Shown here in pieces: positions 51,955-64,000 of a stretch of DNA of 64,000 nt. Source of the stretch: Macrostomum lignano (taxonomy: Eukaryota). The DNA is taken from contig NIVC01000129.1 of NCBI GenBank assembly GCA_002269645.1, positions 542,755 through 606,754 on the forward strand. Reading direction: 5' to 3'. Position numbers and translations under genes: made by a program. Position 1 is the first letter of the stretch. The number at the start of each line of letters is the position of its first letter. Below the pieces are notes generated by a model. It had not been told where the DNA came from and searched no databases. It saw only the letters and a program-made list of their open reading frames with translations.

Positions 51955-52229
51955 GCGACACCACTTCAACGGAAGTCGTTGGTCGCCAGGGGCTAGCGGA
52001 ATGGGCGGTCTCCTCCGCCTCCTCGCTGCATCCGCCGGACGCCCCCTGCAGCTAAGTCAAGTAAGTCAAGCACAAAGCTTTAAAAGTTCACTGCAGATTT
52101 AAAAGCACCTGTAAAATATATATCATTTCTAGAAATTTTCAAAAATAACCTTTGATTCCACTTTCTGGGTTATAAATCGAATGTATTAATAATCAATTCC
52201 ACTCCCCAGCCAGTGAGAAGACAAGTAAA

Positions 52230-52835
52230 GTGAGTTCAAATTCGTCAGTGTATGCAAAACTATATAGCGCTCAAGGGGAAGAGAATGCATGTCCATGTTA
52301 GACTTGTGCGATGTTTCCAGCAGGGACGAGCATGGATGAATAAAACCATGGGAACGAGGCAGTAGACAATTTCTCGCAATTGAACTGGACATCGAAAGGA
52401 CATGACATAATCAGAAAATATGTTGTAGGGTCGGGTTGATCTTAACTGTGACAACGCAGTCAATCAGTCGGGATATACGACGACTTCATAGAGATTGGAA
52501 TAGTGACGTGACAAAAGAGGCCAGGTTCCTACACATTACGTGGATGCTGGAGATTGGCCTGCTTGTACGGAATTAAATCTAACGGACCGCGCTGTCCTTC
52601 CCACTCAGCTTATTACAAAGACCTGCAATAAGACATGTTGAGATTTTAAACGCCTGTTTCCGTGTTCTGTTTGGTCTGTTGCTGTTGTGCTTTAACTGTG
52701 AACAGTATGCTCCTGCTGCACTGAAGAATTCCACTCACTTAGACGAATTCGAAATCACTTTCCGTACAAAATTTTACCATAGACATTTTAGTTCTTTTCC
52801 CTTTGTTTTGCATACTCTGACAAATTTAAACTCAC
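52230..52835. mobile_element. MITE-like element bounded by 31-bp imperfect inverted repeats
   Basis: GTGAGTTCAAATTCGTCAGTGTATGCAAAAC (52230-52260) vs the reverse complement of 52805-52835: 28/31 match. No clear TSD. Confidence 0.55.
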
Positions 52836-53847
52836 ATTAGACGAATCCGCAGCTGAAATGGTGTAGTTTTTCCGTTTCGCTGACCATCGAGCCCACACGC
52901 TGACAGATAAGTACATGTACACAGGCATGAACCTACACAGGGTGTACAGTCAGCTACAGTAGACCAGACTTGCCTGGAGAGTTGGCCCCAACAGGGTTGA
53001 ATTGCACTACCAATCCCTGGTCCATCTTTTTAGCACAACCTTTTAGACTTTTAGACCCATTATTACCACGTTTTAGCTCTCCTACGCAATAGCAAATATG
53101 ATATTGTAATAAATTTTGAATTTCATTTTAGCATGTGCTACAATTTTTTAAAGTCACGTGTTCAATCGGTGTCATACGGAGGTAAGAGGTATAGATTGAC
53201 ATGCCATCATGAAAGTTACACTCTACTCGTACATTGAATCTGTTCTAACTAACTTGAGGCACTTTAGTTAGACCCTCCATGGACAAATCCATTAAATTAA
53301 GTACATTTACAGAGAAATAATAACTTTCGAAAATCAAATAATATTTATTTACGAACAGTATGTCAGTTATACGAACATTTTTTATATTTTACGCGAATAG
53401 TGTATTCTGTCGTCGAGGCGTCAATAATTCTGCAGGAGCAATATTTAATTTACAAAGAAATATTAGTAAGCAGGACCAGAATGAAAGCCGTTTCTTACAT
53501 GATAACATGATAAAGATATTTTGGTACTTGAGGCCTAAAGCAAGGACTACTAGACTAGAACGAAGTGTTCCTAGTGGTCCTTGAGCCTACGGTTATATAA
53601 AAACACACGTTTTCTATCTGACACGGGGTGATAAAACTTTTAATGAAAACGAAACAAGGAGGATGTAAAATTTTCTGCAAAGAGCTCAATAGACTAGTTT
53701 ATTAAAATGTTTTAATAGATACATAAGCTAGACCAGCTGTATATGTCAAATTTGTCAATTGGCAATAAAAAGGTGGCGAAGCAAATATTTATGTGCATCT
53801 CGAAGTTGATTGAAGCTTCAGATTCCATGGATATCATCCAGCTTTGA

Positions 53848-56800
53848 TCAAACGTAAGCCGCTGCGCTTAGATACTGCAATTTAAAGTTATTTGTAGTTT
53901 TTACGAGCGCATTAAGAAAGCAAGTTTCCCTGAGAAAGCGTCTTTTCTCTCACCTTGTCTTTAGAGAACAGGGCGCTAACCCCATCCGCTGTCTTCTCCT
54001 GAGCGCTGAACGTCTCAAAGACTGTTTTCAGTCGTACGCAGCAGACGATGAAGTCGTCAAACTCGATGACGCCCTGGCGATTCGCGTAACGCATCACCAG
54101 GCAGTTGAAAATCTTGTTGCTCACTCGGTAGCCTTTGAGTGCAGATTGAGATAGTTTCCTCAATTATGTCACTATAAAAAATGGAAGTGCTTTTCCCCAC
54201 GGTCCAGTGTCGATAGTTCCAATTTTATCCCCACAAAATTAGAATTATCGGCACGGGACCGTGGGGATAAGCACTTCCATAAAAAATTACTAAAGCGAAG
54301 TTGCTGTGACCACTCACCGACTGCTTTCAAGGCCTGCCGCAGCTCGTAGCTGTTGAAATTACCAGACTTGTCCTCGTCAAACTTTTTGAAAGCGGTCTTC
54401 CACAGTCGCAGGCTGCTCCATAGCGTCTTGAACTCCTGGAACCCCAGCTTCCCTGACTGGTCGGCGTCCATCATAGCCACCATCGAGCGGCAGGTCTCGA
54501 GGCAGAAGCCGTCGAATTTGAACTCTGGTTTAATCATAACAAAAACTTAATGATTTTTATTTCTTTTAGAGTAATGTGTCTATCGATATCCAGTCCACTA
54601 ACCTTTCATGAAGGCAATGTTGAGAATATCGCGCAGCTCATAAGCATCAACTTCCAGGTCGGCACCAGCCACTTTGGCGAATGCGTCGCGAAGGGCCCGC
54701 TCGAGGGTGAGTTCTTGTGCTGAAGGCTCCATTGGTATCTGTTTGTGTTTGGCGATGAGAAGTTATGTAAACACTCTGGTTCTAACCTTCAATTAAAAAG
54801 CTTCACGTTGCCTGTGAAATCAGGAATAGATCCAAGGTCTCAAGCGGTGGTCCAGGTGCCAAATAAATTCGTCACAGTTTATATTATGCCATCAAGGATA
54901 TCAAGGCTACCATTCTCTGATCCAAACGGTAATACGTTTATTACTGATTTCGTATCTGGCATGCATGCCTCTAGACAGCATAACATCAGTTAAGAAACTT
55001 ACTTTCAGGTCAACAATAGCTGTGACGTCATCAATCTCATCCAGCTTGGCGGGTCGCTCGGTGTACACGCGAAGCAGGAAATCCATTTCAAAGTCCGGCC
55101 GATAGGTGCTGGGCACAATGACATAATTGCCAGGCTTTAGCTTGTGCCGAAAGCACACCTGCCTTTTGTTAGTGTGGGTTGTGAAGCCAGCGCATCGGTT
55201 GTACCTGCATGGGCATTGTTGGTTAAAGAACGATTTATACGCGTATCTATTGTCAAAGTTCAGATATTTTAATGACTCAGGGAACAGACAGTGTCACATG
55301 TTTTGAAATTCAACTCTTCACACGCGTTCCTTGTGAAAGAAAACATCATTGCTGCTTCACCTGAAGAAATTCGTGTCCAACGGCCCAGTGCCGTCCGTCC
55401 TGCGGCGGTAGATCTCGTAGCCGATGAAGAGCATGCGGTCTCCAGCAGCCCGCCGCCTGCGCAAGTTGATCTGCATCAAGCCGACGATCACTGTGCCCGT
55501 ATTGTCATTGTCCGTCTCGTCCGGGTCAACGACCGTCACCTGGAACTGCGGATTCGAAGCGAAGCTTCGCAAGTTGTTTCTGCAGCCGCCGGCGCTCAAG
55601 CGCTTGCGCCAGGCGCTCTTGTGGCTCACAGACTCCCAGCAACGGCGCTTGTCGTTCAACTTGCCAGCCTGCCGACGGGCGTGGGCCAAACTCTCAGGAC
55701 CAAGATGGCACATCTCTAAATCCTGTGCGGTAAGTAAATGGTGTTGCAGTAATTCTCTCTATTGATTTTATCACTAATTTATCGCTCGTTTTTGACAAGC
55801 GGTAATATTAATAATAAAAGTCCTAATGGGCAGATGTACCAACGACAGCTCAGCCACAGCTAGTGTGCGGCGCGTCTGAAGGCTGCGTACGGCTGTTCAG
55901 TCCAAGGACTGGAGGGTCGCCACACACACCCTCAATTACCCCATCTAATTCTGGTACCCAATTTACAGCTGAATGGACTAAAGCAGAGGTCAACTGGCTT
56001 GCGCAAGGACACAAATTGTTCTGAGTGTAGTGATTAATAATCAAGCATTCAACCGTGAAAAAAGTGGACATATAAAAAACGCTTCTAACTTGTATAGTTT
56101 GTTTTAATCATACACTTTGTTAGAATTTCGTGCGCGACATATTGTTTAAAAAAAGCATTCTTGAAGTTATCCGTTTAGCATTCTACGTCAATCATACCGA
56201 TTAAGCATGCTACTCTCCCCTTTTCAGTCAATGCCGTTCACTCCGAACTCACAGAGAAGAATTTGCAGAAGTCTTTGATGCTCATCCAGAACTCGCCGTC
56301 ACCCTTAAATTTGACGTTAATCCGAGCTTTCTCCTCGGCAGAAACGGCGGCCCAGGCCTTGGACTTGTCGCCCCAATCGCCCGACCATTCGCGGGAGCTG
56401 CCCCAGGGGTTGCGGATGCGCACGAGAGGGACGAACACCGTATCGCCTGGAGGCTCGTCTGTGGGCTGGTGGCATCAGAATCAATGACCGGCTTTTCTTG
56501 TTTTTAGCACTAAATTGCAAATCTCTTATCGTGTGAACTTCCCTCATTGCGCATATACTGTAAAGTTGTGCGTGTGCTACAGTGGGGCTGGATTTAACAT
56601 CACGAGTTTGTGAGTTCAAAATTTGTACCTTTGTTTGTTTTTGCTAGTCCGCAGCAGTTAATATATTTTCTCCAGAATCGAAGCCAGTAAACTAGGGAAC
56701 CACCTTGGATAAAAAGTTCTTCCTGATAGGTTGAATAGCGGTATTTTACCGATAAAAAAGTACGAAGACAAGAAGCGTCCCAGCTCATTGCAGGTAACAC

Positions 56801-59800
56801 AGGTAAAATAATAAAGAAGTGGCTCTAGACGACTTTAAAATGAGATTTCACGGTACAAGTCGCCAAAACAAGAGTCAATTTAAGGCGTTTTATTGTCTGC
56901 GACTCTGAAAGGACTTGAGAGTCGTACCTGAGGCGTGGTAGAGTCGCTGCAGAATCACTCAGTTGCGTCTAAAGCGCATCTGCATCACTTTATGAATTAG
57001 AATCGCGATTTAATTTTATAACAACTCGATTTAGTCGACTTGCATTAGTAGAAGTTTAGCGTTGACACACTAAGACTCTTAAACGAATTTTTTGCGACTC
57101 TAACGATTTTATAACCCATGTGATGCGTTTCTCCGTCGCAATACAGCCGTTTGAGTCGCTAAAAAGTGACGCAAGAGTCGCCTCGGCTCAGAGACGCTAG
57201 TCAGTAGTGTATTGTTTGCCATGACCTTTTAGCGATTCTTGTCACGGTAAAGTTTTCAAATTGGTTTACTAGTCTTGTTACTGAAAGTAGTGTGATGTAA
57301 CCACGCTCTGGTCACGGGATATGGCAAGGGAAATTTTTCAAAAGTACCTCCGATCTCCGTGCACCCCCTGAGCAGAGTCGTCGAGACTGGGCCAGGTCTT
57401 TGACCAGGCCTGCCGACTCCCGCTCTGCTGCGCCATCTGCTGCCTCGGCTCCGTTTCCCACCCCACCACACGAGCCTTTCCGGAGCCCCTATCTCCCTCT
57501 GCCTCCACCCGCTACTCTATTTTCTATGCGCTCTACCCTATCTATTGTGTACTTCTCCCACTCTCCCTCTGTTTATTTCTTTTTGGACTGTTTTTCCTGC
57601 GCTGTCCCCATCTCTTCCCGTGCCTACTCACAGTACTTTGTGCGCTCACCGTCTCCCCACCCCTTAGTAAACTCCCAAACGGTGACGCAAGCCTTGTGAC
57701 CCCTTCTTCCCCTCGATGACTCATCGATGACTCACCACCCCCTCTTGCGCAACCTTTTCTCATGCTATTGTTCTCCTCCCCAAATTTCTCACGCGATACC
57801 CACCCCACCTGCGCTTCTATTGTTCTCGTTTTTTATTCTTTTGTTCTCCCTTTCACACCCAATTATCACATTTTCCCGGATTTTCTCTTTCTTTTGTTCT
57901 CGTTTCCGCACCCAATTAGCACCTTTTCTCCAATGTTTACTTTTCTATTGCTCTCTATTCTCCCCAATTATCCCCGATTTCCATTTCCTTTGTTCTCGAC
58001 CCCAGCCCTATTGTTCTCAATGTTTGCTTGCACAACACTTTCGCGACCTCCCGCTGCGCCAATTATCCCCCCACCCCACCTCCGGATTGCGCAATTTCCC
58101 CGTTTCTCATGTTGCTAGGCCGTTCTCATGATTCTCATCATGACTCATTCTGACCGTCATTTCGCCGGCAGCCAATCAGAGAGAGGGAGTCATGGAAACG
58201 ACCTTGGAGCGGCGGCTGGGAAGGCTATTTAAGGAAGCGGTTTTCGGCGTGAGAAACTTAACTTCGGCTCTCCTCTGGTCCTTCGTTGGACTCGCTGTCA
58301 GACCTTGATCTGACCCATTCGTCTATAGGACGAACCTCTGCCGGTCCGCGGTCTGTTACCGCCAAGTTACCTCAGCTCCCAAAGTGAGCTCATCTGCCGG
58401 CCCGCGGTCTGTTACCGCCCAGCATCTTCAGCATCGCCTGAACTACATCCGCGCCTCGTCGCTTCAGCGCATCGCCGCCTCACAGTCTGCCTGTCTGCAG
58501 TCAGCAGCCGCCCACGGTCACTCCATCGCTCTCTCTCTCTCTCTGTGCAGCCGCCGGTAAGTTCCTGTAACTAATTTGTGCTCTAATTACCTTGCTTATC
58601 CGGAGTTTGCTTATTTCCCATTGCTTGATTAGAGAGCTGAGCCAATTGTGATACCGTATCTTTTGCTGTATTTTATTCAGCAGTGAAGCCACCTAATTGC
58701 CTGATTACTTTGCCTAAGGGTCTAATCGTTAACTATTACTAAACTCCTCATTATTCACACTTTCACCATCATTTCATTCATGGCTTGCTAAGCCTTCTCT
58801 CTGGGTAGCAAAGCATAATGAAGTTTGGGTAAGCTAATGGCCTCTCCCCGTGCAACGCCCGCCTGTGTGTGCGTGCTGCGGGTCCGTGTGTGCGTGCAGT
58901 AGAGGGATTAGCGAGTCTCGGCACAGAATGGCAGTAGGAAGGATGCAACCCCATGCTGACGCATCCCTTCGCCCTGGGCAATCTAAACTATAGCTAGTAC
59001 ATGTTCATCTCACACTACTCTTAGTAATTGAAGCCGCAAGTCCGCCTCGCTCACAGCCACAAAGGATCCCCTGCTGAGAAATCCTCCAGATTGAGCCCAG
59101 AGTTCCCGATCATGCCCCAAGCAGAGTCCCTGTACTCGGCTGCATGTGTCTCCCCTGTTAGCCTAAATCCCCTGGTAACCAATCCAGGCGGGGCTCTAGC
59201 CTCGAGAGGTCTGGTAGTAAGATCTAGGTGCGCCAGGTCACCTTGGCTACAGGTGGGGTCCATGTGGGTCCTTGGCCCTCTGGTCACGAAAAGCGCTACC
59301 AAAGCTATCAATCTATCAGTCTGGTGCTGGAGGTCCGTCTGGTCATTGCCCGGTCATAGGCAGCCTACGGTCGGTGCCCTCTCTGGTCATGCGTTCGCCT
59401 CCCCGCGGAGCGGACGGGCGACAAGGGCGGTTACATCAAATGTAATATTGTTAACCTACAATTAGTTGTTGTTCAGTAAAGTTTACTGGTATTTTAAATA
59501 TTATGTACAATTTAATAACAATAATTTAATTTTTTTTATTTATGCAGGCTTCTATTAGTCTGTCTTAAGTTGATTTTTTGCTACTTATTAGCAGTTCCGT
59601 CTCTGTAACAACTGCACGCTCTTACTTACCTTGCCATCCTCGGTGACAAAACTTTCACAATAGAGAAGTGCATCTTGAGTTTTCATTTTAACCTGAAATT
59701 ACAAATTTAGGCAGGGTATCTTATATCTTATTATTGTTTACAGACGGAAAGTAGCCTGAGGGAGAGTTTACAGAGACTAAACAAGCTTAAGTCGCCCGCA

Positions 59801-61822
59801 CCGGTGCTGCCCCAGTGACAGAGTAGGCGTGTCTCGAGTCCAGCCCGCAGCCAGCCCAGTCAGACAGGTTTTTTGTTTTAACAACAGAGCAATTCATCAG
59901 GCAGGAGCGCTTGTTGGCCTCGAGAATAGTGTGGAACAGCACCCTGGGACAGGGCACCTGCCTCGGCGCGTAGCTGACGGTGATGCCTCCGGTGAAGTCC
60001 TCCATGGCTTCGCTGCTCAGGCCGCCGATGAGTGCCTCATAGCTGCCGGCCAGCTTGGCGTAGGCCTTCTCCAGCAGGGCCGACCAAAACTCGGTGCGCT
60101 GGGCTGACTGCATGAACACCAACTGCCACTTGCTTGGTCCTTTAGCGTTGTTGTTCTGCTGGCAAACCGGCAGTCTGACCAAAATTTGATATAGCATTAC
60201 ATTGCGACCATTGAAGTTCTTAGAGCACACAAAGATCGTGTTGCAGATTTTAGCATCATGGACAACTTAAAGTACATGTACATATAGTATAATGAACACC
60301 TTTACTACCGGGGGGGGACAGGGGGGGGACATGTCCCCCCCAGAAAAAACTATAGGGAACATACCCGTGCCTTCTTCCCCCACCCAACCTTGTGACCCGT
60401 TATGGAAATAAATTATTTTGCTTTAAGGCGACAAAATAGAGTGCCTATGGCGCCAAAATGAATGCCTGATGCGCCAAAATGAGTGCCTGTGGCGCCAAAA
60501 TGAGTGCCTGGTGCGCCAAAATGAGTGCCTGGTGCGCCAAGAGAGTGCCTGATGCGCCAAAATGAGTGCCTGTGGCCAAAATGAGTGCCTGGTGCGCCAA
60601 AATGAGTGCCTGGTGCGCCAAGAGAGTGCCTGATGCGCCAAAATGAGTGCCTGTGGCGCCAAAATGAGTGCCTGTGGCGCCAAAATGAGTGCCTGTGGCG
60701 CCAAAACGAGTGCCTGGTGCGCCAAAATGAGTGCCTCGTGCGCCAAAACGAGTGCCTGGTGCGCCAAAATGAGTGCCTGGTGCGCCAAAATGAGTGCCTG
60801 CGACACCAAATGAGGGCTGAAAACACCGATTCTGATAATAATGTACATGTACATGTAGAACTCTTGGCTTTGTCCCCCGACCATAAAATTCATAGCGACG
60901 CCCCTGCCTTTACTTGCATGCATGCACAGCTTACCTAGAATGTCAGCCGATCAATTTAGTGGCAAAAAGATGTGAAAGAGCATTTTTAGCCAATTGATTT
61001 TGGAACAAAAACAAATCTGTTCGTATTTGATTTGGATGTCTGGCAGTTCCCGAACAGTAACTAATATGTGACATGGCCGACTGTGTAGCCCTTGGCACAC
61101 TGAGAGTGCGCACCGTTGTTCAAGGTTCACATTTACAGGGGCCATTGCAAAGCGTGTTAGGAGAAGTGGTAAAAAACTACCGGATTTATGATGCAGTCCA
61201 CGAAAATATGTAACGCTCTTGCTTTTCTTAAGCTTTGATCGTCCTGGGAGCTTCCGGGTGCGCTTCTTGACCTAGAACTCGACCTGACCTATCAACACCG
61301 AAATTTTTAAATCTTTAAAACTACAGTATTTATATCCAATTGCAGATACGCTCCTACATCCCTGAATGATTTCATCTCTAAATACGCATTATTATCTAAA
61401 TGTTGGTGAGTGAATTTAGCCAATATCTTCGTTTTGAAAGTTCAACAATATAGAAACGATCCCTGTGAAAAATCAGGATAACTTATTACCCCCATCTTCG
61501 TTATATTATTTTAAGTTAGAGACAATGGACAAGAAACTTCTCTACTCACTGAGTGGCACTTTCGTTCAATGGATAACCCATTATCTCGTGTTTTGGATCT
61601 TGATTTCGTCTCATCATGAGCACCATTACTCGTACTCGTATGCATACTCATCTTACCTATCGTCCACGATGACGTTAACCCAGTCTCCGTACTGCCAGAA
61701 GCGGAAGTGGAACAGGCCGCAATAGTCGCTACTGTCGAAGTCCTGATCCGGCGGCACCACTTGATGCAGCAGTTGCGGATGCAGCGATAGAGAGGCCAGA
61801 GCTGATAGGAACCAGCAGTTGC
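53848..61822 (-). CDS. Classical calpain (CysPc, C2-like, penta-EF-hand); 9 exons found, 5' exon(s) not located
   Basis: Exons 61822-61657, 60174-59802, 56465-56253, 55722-55361, 55204-55003, 54738-54603, 54524-54318, 54132-53954, 53874-53848 join in frame. Catalytic Cys (GNCWFL), His (HAYSVT), Asn (RNPWG); DDRLP, EFWSALLEKAYAK, AGGCRN, YVIVPST; EF-hands DADQSGKLG and DEDKSGNFN. Confidence 0.93.
57293..59438. mobile_element. Solo-LTR-like segment in a calpain intron
   Basis: 10-bp terminal inverted repeat TGATGTAACC...GGTTACATCA; GC-richer than flanks; CCAAT (58170) and TATA-like (58223) motifs; no long ORF; no clean TSD. Confidence 0.45.
60440..60810. repeat. 21-bp minisatellite (GAGTGCCTGGTGCGCCAAAAT), in a calpain intron
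   Basis: Direct reading; explains the RHSFWRT-repeat ORFs. Confidence 0.92.
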
Positions 61823-62109
61823 CTGCGGTGGGCAATGTTGCATTCAGAGCTGATTGAATTAAAAAAAAACAACTATTAGGTTTGTTTGTAATTAAGGTAT
61901 GGGTGTGTAATAGTTACCTTTTTATCATATCATTGATTATTGTCATAAATCATAAATTGCCGCTTGTCATATGTCATTTTAGATGGCTATACATGTACAA
62001 GTCTGTTTTAGTGCAGGTTCCGTTTTTAGTTTTGAGATTCGAAATTTTTAATTGAAGAAATACAGAGATGAGAAAGCTTGAGATTAGAAAAATTCTTAAA
62101 TTTCAAGGT

Positions 62110-63770
62110 ATCTGGATCGGTAAGTTTCTGGATTAAGAATTTTCTGGATTAAGAATTTTCTGGATTAAGAATTTTCTGGATTTAGAATTTTCTGGATTGG
62201 GAAGTATCTGGATTGGGAATTTTCTGGATTGGGGAGCATCTGGATTGGGAATTTTCTGGATTGGGAAGCATCTGGATTGGGAATTTTCTGGATTGGGGAG
62301 TATCTGGATTGGGATTTTGGGAATTTTCTGGATTGGGAAGTATCTGGATTGGGAATTTTCTGGATTGGGAAGTATCTGGATTGCGAAGTTACTGGATTGG
62401 GAAGTATCTGGATTAGGAAGTATCTGGATTGGGAATTTTCTGGATTGGGAAGTATCTGGATTGGGAAGTATCTGGATTGAGAATTTTCTGGATTGGGAAG
62501 TATCTGGATTGGTAAGTATCTGGATTGAGAATTTTCTGGATTCGGAAGTATCTGGATTGGGAAGTTTCTGGATTGGGAATTTTCAGGATTGGGAATTTTC
62601 TGGATTCGGAAGTATCTGGATTGGGATTTTGGGAATTTTCTGGATTGGGAAGCATCTGGATTGGGAAGTATCTGGATTGAGAATTATCTGGATTGGGAAG
62701 TATCTGGATTGGGAAGTATCTGGATTGGGAAGTATCTGGATTGAGAATTTTCTGGATTGGGAATTTTCTGGATTGGGAAGTATCTGGATTGGGAATTTTC
62801 TGGATTGGGAAGCATCTGGATTGAGAATTTTCTGGATTGGGAAGTATCCGGATTGGGAAGTTACTGGATTGGGAATTTTCTGGATTGGGAAGTATCTGGA
62901 TTGGGAAGTATCTGGATTGGGAAGTATCTGGATTGGGAAGTATCTGGATTGGGAAGTATCTGGATTGAGAATTTTCTGGATTGGGAATTTTCTGGATTGG
63001 GAAGTATCTGGATTGGGAATTTTCTGGATTGGGAAGCATCTGGATTGAGAATTTTCTGGATTGGGAAGTATCCGGATTGGGAAGTTACTGGATTGGGAAG
63101 TATCTGGATTGGGAATTTTCTGGATTGGGAATTTTCTGGATTGGGAAGTATCTGGATTGGGAAGTATCTGGATTGGGAAGTATCTGGATTGGGAAGTATC
63201 TGGATTGGGAAGTATCTGGATTGAGAATTTTCTGGATTGGGAATTTTCTGGATTGGGAAGTATCTGGATTGGGAATTTTCTGGATTGGGAAGCATCTGGA
63301 TTGAGAATTTTCTGGATTGGGAAGTATCCGGATTGGGAAGTTACTGGATTGGGAAGTATCTGGATTGGGAAGTATCTGGATTGGGAAGTATCTGGATTGA
63401 GAATTTTCTGGATTGGGAAGTATCTGGATTGGGAAGTATCTGGATTGGGAAGTATCTGGATTGGGAAGTATCTGGATTGAGAATTTTCTGGATTGGGAAG
63501 TATCTGGATTGGGAAGTTACTGGATTGGGAAGTATCTGGATTGGGAAGTATCTGGATTGAGAATTTTCTGGATTCGGAAGTATCTGGATTGGGAAGTTTC
63601 TGGATTGGGAAGTATCTGGATTGGGAAGTATCTGGATTGGGAAGTATCTGGATTGGGAAGTATCTGGATTGAGAATTTTCTGGATTGGGAAGTTTCTGGA
63701 TTGGGAAGTTTCTGGATTGGGAAGTTTCTGGATTGGGAATTTACTAGATTGGGAATTATCTGGGATAATA
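62110..63770. repeat. 16-bp satellite array (CTGGATTGGGAAGTAT / CTGGATTGGGAATTTT), roughly 100 units
   Basis: Direct reading; explains the GSIWIGKYLDWE-repeat ORFs. Confidence 0.97.
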
Positions 63771-64000
63771 TGTTTCGGAATTAGATCGTCTAAATTCTAA
63801 GCAGTATTAGATTTTCATAAATATTGCCTGTTTCAGAATAAAACAAAACTTTGAAAATTTCAGTCATGGGAATAGGTATACTCGTAGAGAAGAAAGGGCT
63901 TCCCTGTACGCAAGGCATACTCGTGTCTGCAATTTAGGAGATCCTCATTGTGAACAGTGGCAGATAAAATTGATTATCAATATTATTATTAACAATCAAG

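Larger units (their letters stand above)
41458..52069 (+). mobile_element. Full-length non-LTR retrotransposon (LOA/R1-like; ORF1 + APE-RT-RNase H-CCHC), ~5.8 kb after removing the nested element
   Basis: 12-bp TSD GCACAAAGCTTT (41446-41457, 52070-52081); 3' tail TAAGTCAAG x2; structured ~480-bp 5' UTR; both ORFs present. Clade assignment is by resemblance only. Confidence 0.9.

Noticed and set aside
43250-51969. Numerous 60-240 aa alternative-frame ORFs within the LINEs
   Set aside because: Shadow ORFs of GC-rich retrotransposon coding sequence.
55850-55970. Possible extra calpain exon
   Set aside because: The flanking exons already join in frame into a normal calpain sequence, and no good splice sites are present.
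60413-63784. Long repetitive ORFs (RHSFWRT, GSIWIGKYLDWE) and a CRISPR-like appearance
   Set aside because: Tandem satellites with no spacers, open in several frames by periodicity; eukaryotic intronic context and no cas genes.

Overview
Eukaryotic (invertebrate animal) genomic DNA with spliceosomal GT-AG introns, GC-rich exons and abundant simple repeats. The style suggests a free-living flatworm such as Macrostomum, but this is inference only. Host genes: (1) a convergent inverted pair of paralogous multi-exon genes for secreted proteins with a C-type-lectin-like domain plus Sushi/CCP-like repeats (A, +, 1792-8617; B, -, 40452-35577, frameshifted); (2) a short secreted 6-Cys defensin-like peptide; (3) an intronless class-A GPCR lacking DRY; (4) an InaF-motif microprotein; (5) a 5-exon ARM-TIR-SAM-like protein; (6) a PAN + C-type lectin; (7) nine 3' exons of a classical calpain. 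Mobile DNA: an internally deleted P-element/THAP transposon with intact TIRs and 8-bp TSD in an intron of gene A; a full-length LOA/R1-type RNase H-bearing non-LTR retrotransposon (12-bp TSD) whose ORF1 is interrupted by an antisense, 5'-truncated relative (6-bp TSD); a decayed mariner; three copies of a ~1-2 kb non-coding repeat carrying a promoter-like cassette and splice donor; foldback/MITE-like elements; a solo-LTR-like segment; several micro- and minisatellites. The most interesting aspects are the immune-like gene cluster, apparent gene conversion between the inverted paralogs, the candidate antimicrobial peptide, and the nested retrotransposon. All domain calls and identity estimates are by eye, with no database search.
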